A stretch of 64,000 bases of DNA from a virus (Duplodnaviria > Caudoviricetes), in IMG/VR virus record IMGVR_UViG_2799112909_000002, positions 1 to 64,000 of that record. One strand, 5' to 3'. Positions 27,452 to 38,167 of this stretch are shown one piece after another. The notes below the pieces were generated by a model that was given only the letters and a program-made list of their open reading frames with translations, had not been told where the DNA came from and did not search any database. The translations under genes were made by a program, and so were the position numbers. Position 1 is the stretch's first letter; every line of letters starts with the position of its first letter.

Positions 27452-29302
27452 ATGGCTAAGGATATTTATGATATAAATTCTATTACTTCTTTATCAACCT
27501 TAGAAGGTTTTAGACAACGCCCACAGATGTATGTCGGATCCAATGACATAGAGGGCACTTATCAGGCATTGAAAGAAATCATTAATAATGCAACTGATGA
27601 AAGTCTTATGGGATATGGAGATAAGATTGTTATTACTGTTGATGAACAAAAAAATGAAATATCAGTGCTTGATGAGGGGCGTGGAGTTCCCTTTGGAATA
27701 AGAGAAAATGGAGAGAATGTTCTTATTTCAATTTATACGGGATTGCATGTTGGCGGCAAATTCAATCATAAGGCATACGCAAACAGTGCTGGTTGTAATG
27801 GCTGCGGAGGTTCCGCAGTTTGTGCAATGTCTGAATACTTTATTGTTGAATCCTATAAAGATGGAAAAGCTGCACGAGCAGAGTTTGTTAAAGGTGAAAA
27901 TAAATCTTATGCAGAGTTTCAGACAAAACATAAAAATGGAACTTATGTTTTGTTTAAACCAGATAAAGAAGTCTTTTCTCTTGGGGAAATAGGCTACTCA
28001 TATAAAAGAGTCTGCCAAGAGATAGAGAATATAGCTTATCTTAATAAGGGTGTTCATTTTATTATTAAGAATTTGAATACTAATGAACAAGTTGAATATT
28101 ATTCCAAGAATGGTATTGCGGATTTCATTAAGAACAAAATAACTAAACCATTAATGAAACAACCTATATTGGCAACTGCAAAAGATGAAACAGATGAAGT
28201 TGAAATAGCTTTTATGTGGTCAAATGATCTTTCTCAAAGCTATGTGTTTGCAAATGGTTTATATTGCCCTGAGGGTGGAACTCCTGTTACTGGAGCAAAA
28301 ACATCACTAACAACACAAATGAAAAAATTAAGTAAAAAAGACTTTGATGGTGACTTGATTCGTAAAGGGCTTGTCTACGCCATCAATTGTAAAGTGCAGA
28401 ATCCTTCTTTCGCCAATCAAACCAAAAGCAAGATTAATAATCCCAATTTAAGAACTTTGGCTTCACAAGCTTTTAAGGAAGGGCTGGAATTATTTTCAAA
28501 AACACCTGAATTTGAAAGTATTGTAGAAATGCTTATAAAAGTGCAAAGGGCAGAGCAAGCGGCTAATAAAGCAAGAGAAGCAGCTCTTCAAAGTAATAAT
28601 GATATACAAAAAGCTTTAAAGAAGAAAGTTGTTTGTGCTGAAAAACTGACAGATTGTCGTTATCATGATGAACGTTCAGAGCTTATGATATGCGAGGGAA
28701 AATCCGCAAAAGGTGCATTAGTAAAAGCACGAAATAGCGATTTTACAGCTTGCTTTGATTTAAGAGGTAAAATTATCAATGCCTTAAAAAATCCTGAAGA
28801 AAAGGTTGCTGCGAACGAAGAAGTTAAACAGTTACATATTGCTCTTGGTTGCGGAATTGGTAATAAATTTAATATTAATAAACTTCGATATGGCAAAATC
28901 ACGCTCATGGCTGATATGGATAAAGACGGTTACGACATCATCTGTTTACTGCTTTCATTCTTTTACTATTATTATCCTCAATTGATTTCTGCAGGTAAGA
29001 TTTATTGGGGTGTAACACCTCTATTTAGAGTTGATACGAAAGATAAGACTTATTATGCTTATAGTGATGAAGAATTAGCAAAATTACCAAAGGGAGAGGT
29101 TCAGAGATTTAAAGGTCTTGGTGAAGCAGATCCAGATGATTTTGAAGCAACTATCTTTTCTAAAGATTCTCGGCGTGTAAAAATTACAATGAACGATGCA
29201 GAAAGTGCTTTCACATATTTTGATACTCTATTGGGTACAAATATTCAAGCAAGAAAAGACTATATCTTTTCTCATGCTAACTTTGAAACACTGGAAGATT
29301 AA
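27452..29302 (+). CDS. gyrB: type II topoisomerase / DNA gyrase subunit B
   Basis: RPQMYVG, EIINNATDE, DEGRGVP, GGKF, CEGKSA, LRGKIIN, MADMDKDG and RFKGLGE. Confidence 0.9.
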   Translation: MAKDIYDINSITSLSTLEGFRQRPQMYVGSNDIEGTYQALKEIINNATDESLMGYGDKIVITVDEQKNEISVLDEGRGVPFGIRENGENVLISIYTGLHVGGKFNHKAYANSAGCNGCGGSAVCAMSEYFIVESYKDGKAARAEFVKGENKSYAEFQTKHKNGTYVLFKPDKEVFSLGEIGYSYKRVCQEIENIAYLNKGVHFIIKNLNTNEQVEYYSKNGIADFIKNKITKPLMKQPILATAKDETDEVEIAFMWSNDLSQSYVFANGLYCPEGGTPVTGAKTSLTTQMKKLSKKDFDGDLIRKGLVYAINCKVQNPSFANQTKSKINNPNLRTLASQAFKEGLELFSKTPEFESIVEMLIKVQRAEQAANKAREAALQSNNDIQKALKKKVVCAEKLTDCRYHDERSELMICEGKSAKGALVKARNSDFTACFDLRGKIINALKNPEEKVAANEEVKQLHIALGCGIGNKFNINKLRYGKITLMADMDKDGYDIICLLLSFFYYYYPQLISAGKIYWGVTPLFRVDTKDKTYYAYSDEELAKLPKGEVQRFKGLGEADPDDFEATIFSKDSRRVKITMNDAESAFTYFDTLLGTNIQARKDYIFSHANFETLED

Positions 29303-29313
29303 GGAGGAGACTG

Positions 29314-31704
29314 ATGGCAGAAATACAATTTAATGGAACTGAATGGGAAGTTAGTGATGCTCTACAAGCTTTTTATACACCGTATGCAAGTTATGTCGTA
29401 CAGACCAGAGCTCTTCCCGATGCAAGAGATGGATTAAAAACTGGAGCAAGATTTATCCTATTTGCACAATACAAGAATAAATTAACATACAAAGATAAGA
29501 AGAAAAAAGCAGTTGCAACAGTAAATGCGGCAATGCGTTTTTCTCCGCATGGTGATTCATCTATCTTAGGAACTTCCGTGCGTATGTCGCAAAGTTTTTC
29601 TTTAAGGTACCCAATAATGGAAGTGTATGGCAATAATGGTTCTTATCTTTCTGGAGACGACTATTCGCAAGCTCGTTATCTGGAAATGAGAGGTGGAGAG
29701 ATTGCATATGAGATGACCCAGTTGTTAGATAAGAATACAATTGACACTTGGAAATTAAACTATACGCAAGAAGAGGAATATCCAACAGTATTGCCGTCTA
29801 AATTTCCTTATGCATTGGTAAATGGCAGTTTTGGTATAGGAGTGGCTTGTAGCAGTAGCGTCCCGCCACATTGTATAACAGATGTATGTGATGCTGTTGT
29901 TAAAGTAATCAACAATCCCGCAGTACCCTTTGAAGAAATTTATTGCCCCATAGATTTTCCAACTGGCGGTACGATTATTAATGAAACAGAGGTAAAAGAA
30001 AGCTTAAAAACAGGACATGGTGCCGCCGCAATAGTTAGAGCAAAAATTGACTATGATGAAAAAACTCATGAACTTATTGTCACTGAAATGCCATATATGA
30101 CTTTTACTGTAAATACTGTTAAGGCTATTAGCAGTGCTATTGATGAAGGGCTACTCGAAGGAATTGAGTCTGTATATGATGGCACTGATAAAAGAGGTTG
30201 CCGTATTTACATTCAATTGGATAAGAAAGCCAATCCTAAAACTGTTATTAATAAACTTTATAAGCATACTCCACTACAAAATAGCTTTTCTATCAATATG
30301 AACATGCTTGATAAAGGTGTTACGCCTAAACTTTTTTCATGGAAAGAAAGCATAGAGGCTTATATCGCCCATCTTAAAGATATTATTATAAAAGCATATC
30401 AATATGACCTCAAAAAGTTGAAAGACCGTATTCATATTATTAAAGGATTAATCTTAGCTCTTGCCAACATTGATGAGATTATTTCTTTAATTAAATCATC
30501 TAATAGCACATCTCAGGCTAAAGAACTATTAGTTAAAAACTATGCTCTTGATGAAGTGCAAGCTGATGCAATTTTAAAAATGAGGTTATCGAGCCTAACA
30601 CATTTAGAAGTAGATAAGCTCATTAAAGAAAAGAATGAGAAAGAGCAAATGGCAAAAGAAATAGAAAATATTTTAGCTTCAGAAGAGCGAATTAAAGCCA
30701 AGATGGTAGAAGATGTTGTGCAAATAAAAAAGAAGTATGGTGACTCTCGTAGAACGATAAATACTAATATAAAAATGGAAAAAACAGAGAACGAAGAGAT
30801 AGCTGAAGTAATGCCAGAAGATGTTGTAGTTATTCTTACTCAATCTGGTAAGATTAAGAGAATATCCAAAGCTGCTTTTAAGACACAACGCCGCAACACT
30901 AAAGGTATTAAAAATGTGGACTCCGCAATTCTTGACACAATTTCTACCAACACTATTGATACTTTAATGTTCTTCACTTCAAAGGGCAAAATGTATAGAA
31001 CTTTAGTAGACAATATTCCTGCGGCAGATGGTAGATCTAAAGGTGTTGATATTGGTACAATTATTGGGTTAGAAGCAAATGAAGAGGTTATTGCTATGAC
31101 TTCACTTAACCGCAAGAGTCAACCAAAATATGTCTGTTTTATTACCGCTAATGGACTAGTTAAAAAGACAGAGTTAAAAGAGTATATGACAACAAAAAAG
31201 AGTAACGGTATTACCGCAATAAAGATTAAGGAAGATGATTCAATAGCAAATGTAACTTTTCTTGATGATGAAGATTTGATTTTGGTTACTAAAGGCGGCT
31301 ATGCAATTCGATTTGAAACATCTACTATTTCTCCTATTGGTAGAGTTACTATGGGAGTAAAGTCTATTAAGCTTGCGGCAGATGATAAAGTTCTTGTAGG
31401 GCTGCCAGTAAAAGATGAAAAAAAGAACATTGGAATATTCATATCTAAAGGTCTTGGCAAACAGTTTAATCTATCAGAGATTCCGATGCAAGGCAGGGGC
31501 GGGAAAGGTGTTATGGTAGCTAAATTAGCGGACAATGCTGAAATAGTCAGTGCATTGATGATTTCCGTAAATGATAATTTGCTGTTGCTTGGAAAACCTA
31601 ATAATTTATGTATTTCTGGTGCGGATGTCCCCGTTATTGGAAGAACGAGTCTTGGCAATATTATGATTAAAGATAGCGTATTAAAATCTGTAATTAAACT
31701 ATAA
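29314..31704 (+). CDS. gyrA: type II topoisomerase / DNA gyrase subunit A
   Basis: RALPDARDGLK, PHGDSS, catalytic ARY, DFPTGG, beta-pinwheel CTD with QRRNTKG. Confidence 0.9.
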   Translation: MAEIQFNGTEWEVSDALQAFYTPYASYVVQTRALPDARDGLKTGARFILFAQYKNKLTYKDKKKKAVATVNAAMRFSPHGDSSILGTSVRMSQSFSLRYPIMEVYGNNGSYLSGDDYSQARYLEMRGGEIAYEMTQLLDKNTIDTWKLNYTQEEEYPTVLPSKFPYALVNGSFGIGVACSSSVPPHCITDVCDAVVKVINNPAVPFEEIYCPIDFPTGGTIINETEVKESLKTGHGAAAIVRAKIDYDEKTHELIVTEMPYMTFTVNTVKAISSAIDEGLLEGIESVYDGTDKRGCRIYIQLDKKANPKTVINKLYKHTPLQNSFSINMNMLDKGVTPKLFSWKESIEAYIAHLKDIIIKAYQYDLKKLKDRIHIIKGLILALANIDEIISLIKSSNSTSQAKELLVKNYALDEVQADAILKMRLSSLTHLEVDKLIKEKNEKEQMAKEIENILASEERIKAKMVEDVVQIKKKYGDSRRTINTNIKMEKTENEEIAEVMPEDVVVILTQSGKIKRISKAAFKTQRRNTKGIKNVDSAILDTISTNTIDTLMFFTSKGKMYRTLVDNIPAADGRSKGVDIGTIIGLEANEEVIAMTSLNRKSQPKYVCFITANGLVKKTELKEYMTTKKSNGITAIKIKEDDSIANVTFLDDEDLILVTKGGYAIRFETSTISPIGRVTMGVKSIKLAADDKVLVGLPVKDEKKNIGIFISKGLGKQFNLSEIPMQGRGGKGVMVAKLADNAEIVSALMISVNDNLLLLGKPNNLCISGADVPVIGRTSLGNIMIKDSVLKSVIKL

Positions 31705-31787
31705 AATTGAATAGAGAGATTAAACCTCTCTATTTATTTTTATAAAAAAATTTGTTATAATATTATTAAAGAATTAGGAAAGGAAAA

Positions 31788-33752
31788 ATGAATATGATGA
31801 CAGCATCTTATGGAGAAATGAGACGTATTATATGTATGCTAAATGATGCAACTGAGCATTATGATGCTGGAGACCCGCAGATGTCAGATATTAAATGGGA
31901 TTTTTGGTATTATAAGCTTAGACAAATGGAACACGAAACGGGCAAAGTTTTTCCTGACTCACCCACTCGTAAAATTCATTATAAAGCAGTAAATCAACTT
32001 GAGAAAGTCCGTCATAATCACCTTATGCTCTCACTTGATAAGACTAAGAACTCTGCGGATATTAAGAAGTTTTTAGGAGATGAGAATTATATTTGCATGG
32101 GAAAAATGGATGGTCTAACGCTTTCCTTAACTTACAAAAATGGCTCTCTCATTTCCGCAGAAACAAGAGGAGATGGTGTAGAAGGTGAACAGGTTCGTCA
32201 TAATGCACTCGCAATATGGAATATTCCAAAAAGTATTAGAGGATTGGATGAGCTTGTTGTGGATGGAGAAATCATTTGTACATATGATGATTTTGAAAGG
32301 TTCAAAGATGAGTATAAGAATCCTCGTAATTTTGCAAGCGGCAGTATTAGATTGTTAGATGCTAATGAGTGTAGACGTAGAAAGCTTACATTCGTTGCTT
32401 GGGATGCTATAAAAGGTCTTGAAGATTGCGAAACATTAACCGCAAAATTACAGAAATTAAGCAAGTTAGGCTTTACTGTTGTTCCAAGCGTTACTGATAC
32501 AAATTACTACAAAAAACCAGTTGAAACAATAGCAGAAGAAGTATTCGATATGTGTAAAAGAGTTTCTTATCCTGTTGATGGTCTAGTATTTAAATTTGAT
32601 AATTGTAAATTCTACAATGCTCAGGGAAGAACTGATCATCATTTTAAGGGCGGAATAGCCTTTAAAAGATATGATGAAGAAGTTATTACTACTTTGAGAG
32701 ATGTAGAATGGCAGTTAGGTAGAAGTGGAATCCTTACTCCAGTTGCTATTTTTGATGAAGTAGAATTAGGTGGAACAACAGTATCAAGAGCAAGCTTACA
32801 TAATATTAGCGTTATGGATTCTTTATATCCTGACTTTTGGTATGACGGCTTAAAAGCAACAGTTTTTAAGGCTAATGAGATCATTCCGCAGTTAAGTGCT
32901 GTTTATATGGATGGTTATCTCCCTCCAAATAATAAAAAGTTGTCGCCGCCCAGATTATGTCCTTATTGCGGCAAACCGACTACTTTAAAAGATAATAATG
33001 GCGTTAAGACATTATATTGTTTAAATGCGGATTGCGGAGATAAGATTATTGCTCAGATAGAGCATTTCTGTTCCAAAAAGGGAATGGATATTCGGGGATT
33101 ATCAACAGCAACGCTTCAAAAACTCTACGAAGCAAATTGGATTAATAATATAGAGGATATTTTTAATTTAAGTACACATAAAGAAGAATGGGCTTTAATA
33201 AAAGGTTTTGGTGAGAAGTCTGTAGAAAAAATACTTGCCGCAATAGACGCAAGCAGAACATGCACTTTGGAAACCTTTATTACAGCATTAGGTATTCCGC
33301 TCATAGGTAGAAGTGTTGCTAAAGAGATAGTTAAAAAATTTTCCACATATCAGGAGTTTCGTGCAGCAATAGATGAAGGATTTGATTTTTCTGTATTACC
33401 AACATTTGCAGAGGCAAAAACTAAATCATTGTTGGCTTTTGATTATGGAGTTGCGGACAGAGTTTATAATTACTTAACTATAACTTATGAGAAAAAGCCA
33501 GAGACAACTCATAAGTTAGATGATGTTATTGTCGTTATTACTGGTAAATTAAAGCTGTTTAAAAATCGAGATGAACTTAAAGCGGCTATTAAAAATGCTG
33601 GTGGCAAGGTAACCAATTCTGTTACCCGCAAAGTAACTTATTTGATTAACAATGATAGCACTTCCACAACAGCGAAGAATAAAAAAGCTCAGGAGCTAGG
33701 CATTGAGATTATTACAGAGGAGGATTTCGCCAAGAAGTTCTTGGATGTATGA
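31788..33752 (+). CDS. ligA: NAD-dependent DNA ligase
   Basis: MLSLDK, KMDG, TRGDG, NPRN, DGLVFK, Zn finger, HhH and BRCT. Confidence 0.95.
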   Translation: MNMMTASYGEMRRIICMLNDATEHYDAGDPQMSDIKWDFWYYKLRQMEHETGKVFPDSPTRKIHYKAVNQLEKVRHNHLMLSLDKTKNSADIKKFLGDENYICMGKMDGLTLSLTYKNGSLISAETRGDGVEGEQVRHNALAIWNIPKSIRGLDELVVDGEIICTYDDFERFKDEYKNPRNFASGSIRLLDANECRRRKLTFVAWDAIKGLEDCETLTAKLQKLSKLGFTVVPSVTDTNYYKKPVETIAEEVFDMCKRVSYPVDGLVFKFDNCKFYNAQGRTDHHFKGGIAFKRYDEEVITTLRDVEWQLGRSGILTPVAIFDEVELGGTTVSRASLHNISVMDSLYPDFWYDGLKATVFKANEIIPQLSAVYMDGYLPPNNKKLSPPRLCPYCGKPTTLKDNNGVKTLYCLNADCGDKIIAQIEHFCSKKGMDIRGLSTATLQKLYEANWINNIEDIFNLSTHKEEWALIKGFGEKSVEKILAAIDASRTCTLETFITALGIPLIGRSVAKEIVKKFSTYQEFRAAIDEGFDFSVLPTFAEAKTKSLLAFDYGVADRVYNYLTITYEKKPETTHKLDDVIVVITGKLKLFKNRDELKAAIKNAGGKVTNSVTRKVTYLINNDSTSTTAKNKKAQELGIEIITEEDFAKKFLDV

Positions 33753-33759
33753 CGGAAAT

Positions 33760-33788
33760 TTGACATCTCAAAAATTTTTTGGTATAAT
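33760..33788 (+). promoter_or_regulatory. consensus extended sigma-A promoter
   Basis: TTGACA-17-TATAAT with TG at -15/-14. Confidence 0.8.
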
Positions 33789-33795
33789 AAATAAG

Positions 33796-33984
33796 ATGAA
33801 AGAAAAACAATTAAAAAAGTTGGCGAAACAGGTAATGACTTTAGAGAATAATATAACTAAAGCTTATCAGGTAGAAGAGAGTAGAAATCAGATTGAGAAG
33901 ATTATGAGTTCTTTGTCTTTGGAAGATGCTTTTCAGTTAGATGATTATATCTTTACGCATTACCAGTCAAAGAAAACTTTTTGA
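33796..33984 (+). CDS. hypothetical protein
   Basis: MKEKQLKK... directly downstream of the promoter. Confidence 0.55.
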   Translation: MKEKQLKKLAKQVMTLENNITKAYQVEESRNQIEKIMSSLSLEDAFQLDDYIFTHYQSKKTF

Positions 33985-34082
33985 TTTTTTAAAAAATTTT
34001 TGATATAATATTAGTATAATAAAGAACGAAAAAGTTCTTATTAAATAAAAAATATTTTAATTTAAAGGAGATAAAGATTATT

Positions 34083-34349
34083 ATGGCAAAGTTGAGTGAA
34101 AATTCACGTAAAGTATTTGATTATGTAAAGGGTATTAATGGTGCAGATGTTACTGCCGATGATATTGCAAATGCAACAGGTCTCGGTGTAAGACAGGTAA
34201 ATGGTATCGTTACATCAGCATTTCAGAAGAAGGGTATTATGGAGAGAATCCCCGCTGAGGTTGAGCTTTCTGATGGCACACATAAGGCAGTAAAATTTAT
34301 TAAGTTGACTGCGGTTGGCGAGACATTTGATCCTGATACACAGGAGTAA
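34083..34349 (+). CDS. winged-HTH DNA-binding protein
   Basis: KLSENSRKVFDY...TADDIANATGLGVRQVNG; paralogous to 35606..35947. Confidence 0.7.
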   Translation: MAKLSENSRKVFDYVKGINGADVTADDIANATGLGVRQVNGIVTSAFQKKGIMERIPAEVELSDGTHKAVKFIKLTAVGETFDPDTQE

Positions 34350-34416
34350 TTGTAATTGTAAGATAAGAAGTATAGAGGGTTAAAAACTGATTATATAATT
34401 TTAACCCTCTATTTTT

Positions 34417-34803
34417 TTGACTAATAGGAGATTGATTATGATATATGTAGTTGAAACTGTTAGCGGATACGGAAATGCAGTCGCTACAACAAATTTCTCA
34501 AAAGCATTGAGTAAAATTGAACACCTATTAAAAGATACTATTCTCTATCCCGTATGCGTAGAGATATGGACTCTAGAGGGTGGACAATTAGATACCTTTA
34601 TTGTGCAGCCAGGACAAGAAAAGGAACAGATTGAGAAAGACTTTGTTCTATATTCCGCAAAAATGGCGAAACAGCATCCCACAATAGAGGTTATAGAATG
34701 GGCAGAAAAGGTCTTAAAAGCTTATGATGCAAATAATCCTACTATAGATAGTATGATTTACTCTCTTTATATGAAGTATCAAGAAAGACAGAAGGAGAAC
34801 TAA
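34417..34803 (+). CDS. hypothetical protein
   Basis: ORF track. Confidence 0.6.
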   Translation: MTNRRLIMIYVVETVSGYGNAVATTNFSKALSKIEHLLKDTILYPVCVEIWTLEGGQLDTFIVQPGQEKEQIEKDFVLYSAKMAKQHPTIEVIEWAEKVLKAYDANNPTIDSMIYSLYMKYQERQKEN

Positions 34804-34808
34804 TTAAT

Positions 34809-35447
34809 TTGAAAATGAAATTTGAAAATACAGATGTTTTTGGTTTTGAAGGAGCAATTAGAGGTATGCGAAATCCTCTCAATAGCTGGGGCAGAATGGA
34901 TAGCAAAAGTAATAAACTAACAGGTGAATTTGAAATCGGTTCAAATGACCTTCAACTTATGCAAGCATTAATCCGTGGCGGTGGGGAGCATCGTAAATTT
35001 ATGAGAATGATCCATGTTCAAGTAGATGTAACAATGCCAAGATACTTCTGGAGTGAATTAGATACTTATCATTTCGGTACAAAAAATAGCTGTTCTACAA
35101 TGCACAAGCTTCTAAATACCAATGAGCCAATCTCCGAAGAGTTGTTTGTCTATTGTGAAGAAGATGAAGATTTCTTGAATACTATTATTTGCCGTTTAGA
35201 AAGACTGCGGTCTGAATATCGCAGAGCGGGGACACCGCAAGCAAATAAAGATAGGTTGCTTTTAAGAGCAAAGCGACTTCTTCCAGAGGGGTTTCTCCAA
35301 AAAAGAACTTGGGATACTAACTATGAAGAAATACGCAATATCTACTATCAGAGAAGAGGTCACCGCCTTAAAGAAGAGTGGCAAGATACTTTTTGCTCTT
35401 GGGTTGAAAGTTTGCCTTATTTTACTGAGTTGATAGGTTTTAATTGA
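34809..35447 (+). CDS. divergent ThyX-like (FAD-dependent thymidylate synthase fold) protein
   Basis: GEHRKFMR, PRYFWSELDTY, NSCSTMH, LLPEG and QRRGH pattern; canonical RHR motif absent. Confidence 0.5.
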   Translation: MKMKFENTDVFGFEGAIRGMRNPLNSWGRMDSKSNKLTGEFEIGSNDLQLMQALIRGGGEHRKFMRMIHVQVDVTMPRYFWSELDTYHFGTKNSCSTMHKLLNTNEPISEELFVYCEEDEDFLNTIICRLERLRSEYRRAGTPQANKDRLLLRAKRLLPEGFLQKRTWDTNYEEIRNIYYQRRGHRLKEEWQDTFCSWVESLPYFTELIGFN

Positions 35448-35591
35448 TTAATTTTAAATTTTTTGTTATAATATATATAGAAAATCAGAAAAAGCGATAA
35501 ATAAGAATTTAAAGCTTCTCTGACTAAGCAAATAAAGGTTTAATTGATTAATTTTAAATTTTTTGTTATAATATATATAGAAAATCAGAAA
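35439..35591 (+). repeat. tandem duplicated promoter (53-bp copies 100 bp apart)
   Basis: TTTAATTGATTAATTTTAAATTTTTTGTTATAATATATATAGAAAATCAGAAA at 35439 and 35539. Confidence 0.85.
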
Positions 35592-35605
35592 GGAAGATTT
35601 GATAT

Positions 35606-35947
35606 ATGAGTAAAGCAATTTTTATCAGTGAAATTAAGGAACTTTTAGCAGACAACCCTGAATTGTTGAGTAAGGAGGCAAAGGCTTATTTCTTTGATAC
35701 TCTTGATACCAGCGGCAAGGCAAAAGACTCAAAGTTAAGTGAAAATGGTAAGCTGATTATGGAGTATATGCAGACAGAACCCAATAAGTGTCTTACAAGT
35801 AAGGATTTGGGAGATGCAATAGGTAAGAGTTCTCGCTCAGCATCTGGCTCTATGAGAAAGCTCGTTGAACTTGGACTTGTTGAAAAGGTAGGTAAAGACC
35901 CGGTGGTTTATCAGATTACTGCTGATGGTTTGGCTTATAAACTTTAA
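35606..35947 (+). CDS. winged-HTH DNA-binding protein
   Basis: KLSENGKLIMEY...SKDLGDAIGKSSRSASGSMRKLVELGLVEK. Confidence 0.75.
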   Translation: MSKAIFISEIKELLADNPELLSKEAKAYFFDTLDTSGKAKDSKLSENGKLIMEYMQTEPNKCLTSKDLGDAIGKSSRSASGSMRKLVELGLVEKVGKDPVVYQITADGLAYKL

Positions 35948-35987
35948 TTAATAATAAAATTTTTATTGACTAAAAGGAGAAAAGATT

Positions 35988-36944
35988 ATGAGAAAGAATA
36001 TTAATAGTGTAACAATTACAGGTAGAATTTTTGAACACAATTTGGCTCTTAAAACAGTCCAGAATCAGCAGTCAGAGAATTTCGGAAAGGAATTTATCAA
36101 TGGTACATTACATTTGGCTGTTGATGATGAAGGTCTTAATGTAATTCCAGTGTCTTACACCTATGTAACAGCTACAACAAGAGCGGGCAACACTAATGCT
36201 ACATTTAATGTGTTAAAGAAGATTATTGATGAAGATCGTACTTGGTCTAAGGTTGGCAAGGATCAGGCAATGATTGTTAAGGCAGAGGCTTCGATCGGCA
36301 TTAATGACTTTTATGGAAGGGATAATAACCTCGTTTCCACACAGAGAGCAGAGGGCGGTTTTGTATCAGAGGTAAGTTCTATGCCAGAAGACAGCTCTGG
36401 TAAACTTAATGACTTTACTGTTGATATGGTTATCACGAAGGTAACAAGAATTGAGCCAGACCCTGAGAAGAATATTGATGAGGAGTATATGACAATTAAA
36501 GGTGCGACATTTAATTTCAGAAATGATTTGCTTCCTATTGAACTTACTCTCAGAAATCCGAGGGGCATGGATTACCTTGAGAGTGCTGGAATTAGCAGCA
36601 AGTCGCCGCTTTATACAAAGGTATGGGGTAGAGTTAATTGTACAACAGTTAAGACAAAGGTAGTTGAGGAATCCGCTTGGGGCGATGCAAAAGTAACGTA
36701 TTCAGAGAAAAAGAGAAGAGAGTGGTTGCTTACAGGTCTTAAAGGCGTTCCTTATGAGTTCGGTGAAGATGGCGTACTTACAGTTGAGGAACTCGTAAAG
36801 GCTCAGCAGGATAGAGAAATTCATCTTGCAGATGTTAAGAAGAAGTCTGATGAATACCAGATGTCAAAGATAGCTAAAACAACATCTCCTGCTTCGTTTG
36901 CAACTGCTGCACAGACTATTCCCGCAGGTCAATTTAATTTCTAA
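35988..36944 (+). CDS. single-stranded DNA-binding protein (putative)
   Basis: NSVTITGRI N-terminus, aromatic C-terminal tail, next to a Sak4-like ATPase. Confidence 0.55.
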   Translation: MRKNINSVTITGRIFEHNLALKTVQNQQSENFGKEFINGTLHLAVDDEGLNVIPVSYTYVTATTRAGNTNATFNVLKKIIDEDRTWSKVGKDQAMIVKAEASIGINDFYGRDNNLVSTQRAEGGFVSEVSSMPEDSSGKLNDFTVDMVITKVTRIEPDPEKNIDEEYMTIKGATFNFRNDLLPIELTLRNPRGMDYLESAGISSKSPLYTKVWGRVNCTTVKTKVVEESAWGDAKVTYSEKKRREWLLTGLKGVPYEFGEDGVLTVEELVKAQQDREIHLADVKKKSDEYQMSKIAKTTSPASFATAAQTIPAGQFNF

Positions 36945-37006
36945 GAGGTAAGGGCTTTAAGCCCTGCCGCTTGAATTAATAAAAATGATTAAAAGGAGTT
37001 TTTTAT

Positions 37007-37996
37007 ATGGCAATTAATTTATTGGCTCTTCAGCCGCATAAAATATCAAGAGATTTGAGCGGTTATATAACATATGTTTATGGACCTCCAAAGGTAGGTA
37101 AGACTACGCTTGCAAGTCAAATGCCGAAGCCGCTCCTCCTTGCCTTTGAAAGAGGATACAATGCTATTGCAGGAATTGTTGCTCAAGACATCACATCTTG
37201 GAGTGAATTAAAGCAGGTTGTAAGGGAGTTGAAAAAGCCCGAGGTAAAGGACGCCTTCCATACAATCTGTATAGACACTGTAGATATTGCTGCAACTCTT
37301 TGTGATAAGTATGTATGCAGCCAAAATGATGTGGATACTATTGGACAAATTCCTTATGGACAGGGATGGACTCTTTTAAAGAAAGAGTTTGAAGAAGTTT
37401 TTAGGACTATTACTCAGTTAGGTTATGCCGTTTATTTTATTTCTCATGCTAAAGAGGTAACCTTTAAAAGGCAGGATGGAACAGAGTTTACTCAAATAAA
37501 ACCTTCTGTTTCTACAACATATAATGCTATTATCGAGAATATGACAGATCTTTATGGCTATATGCACCCTGTTTATAAAGATGGCGAATCTCGTATTGTG
37601 ATAACACTTCGTTCTGAAGATGGTTCTATATCTGCCGGTGGTCGTTTTAAATATATTCAAAAGGAAATCGGTGCTGATTACAATGATTTAGTAGAAGCCC
37701 TTAATAATGCTATTGATAAGGAAGCTGAAGTGAAAGGAACTAATCTTGTTACAAATGAAAGAGAGATCAAATCGAAAGTTGAACTTGATTATGATGCTTT
37801 AATGCAGAAATTTAATGATATTATTGAGCAGCTTGTAAGTTCAGTTCCACAAGAAGAATTTCAGACAAATTGGTCACCGAGAATTGTACAGATAACAGAG
37901 AGATACCTTGGCAGAGGTAAAAAAGCAAGCCAGTGTACAAGAGATCAGGTTGAAATGTTAAGCTTGATCGTGACCGATTTAGAAGAATTGCTTTAA
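37007..37996 (+). CDS. AAA_24 / Sak4-like ATPase (recombination)
   Basis: YGPPKVGKTT Walker A, ICIDT Walker B, FISH. Confidence 0.8.
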   Translation: MAINLLALQPHKISRDLSGYITYVYGPPKVGKTTLASQMPKPLLLAFERGYNAIAGIVAQDITSWSELKQVVRELKKPEVKDAFHTICIDTVDIAATLCDKYVCSQNDVDTIGQIPYGQGWTLLKKEFEEVFRTITQLGYAVYFISHAKEVTFKRQDGTEFTQIKPSVSTTYNAIIENMTDLYGYMHPVYKDGESRIVITLRSEDGSISAGGRFKYIQKEIGADYNDLVEALNNAIDKEAEVKGTNLVTNEREIKSKVELDYDALMQKFNDIIEQLVSSVPQEEFQTNWSPRIVQITERYLGRGKKASQCTRDQVEMLSLIVTDLEELL

Positions 37997-38167
37997 TGAG
38001 AGAAACCGTTGCAAGTTATTTTGCAACGGTTTCGTTTTAGGTAGCTTTTAATAGGTCGGAACCTTAGTGGGCGTGTTTTTGAAAACATTTTTTGGCTTGG
38101 ATTTTTTAAGTTTGATTTTTAGTAAAAATAATTTTATAATATAATTAGAGTAGGAGGAATGTTAGAT

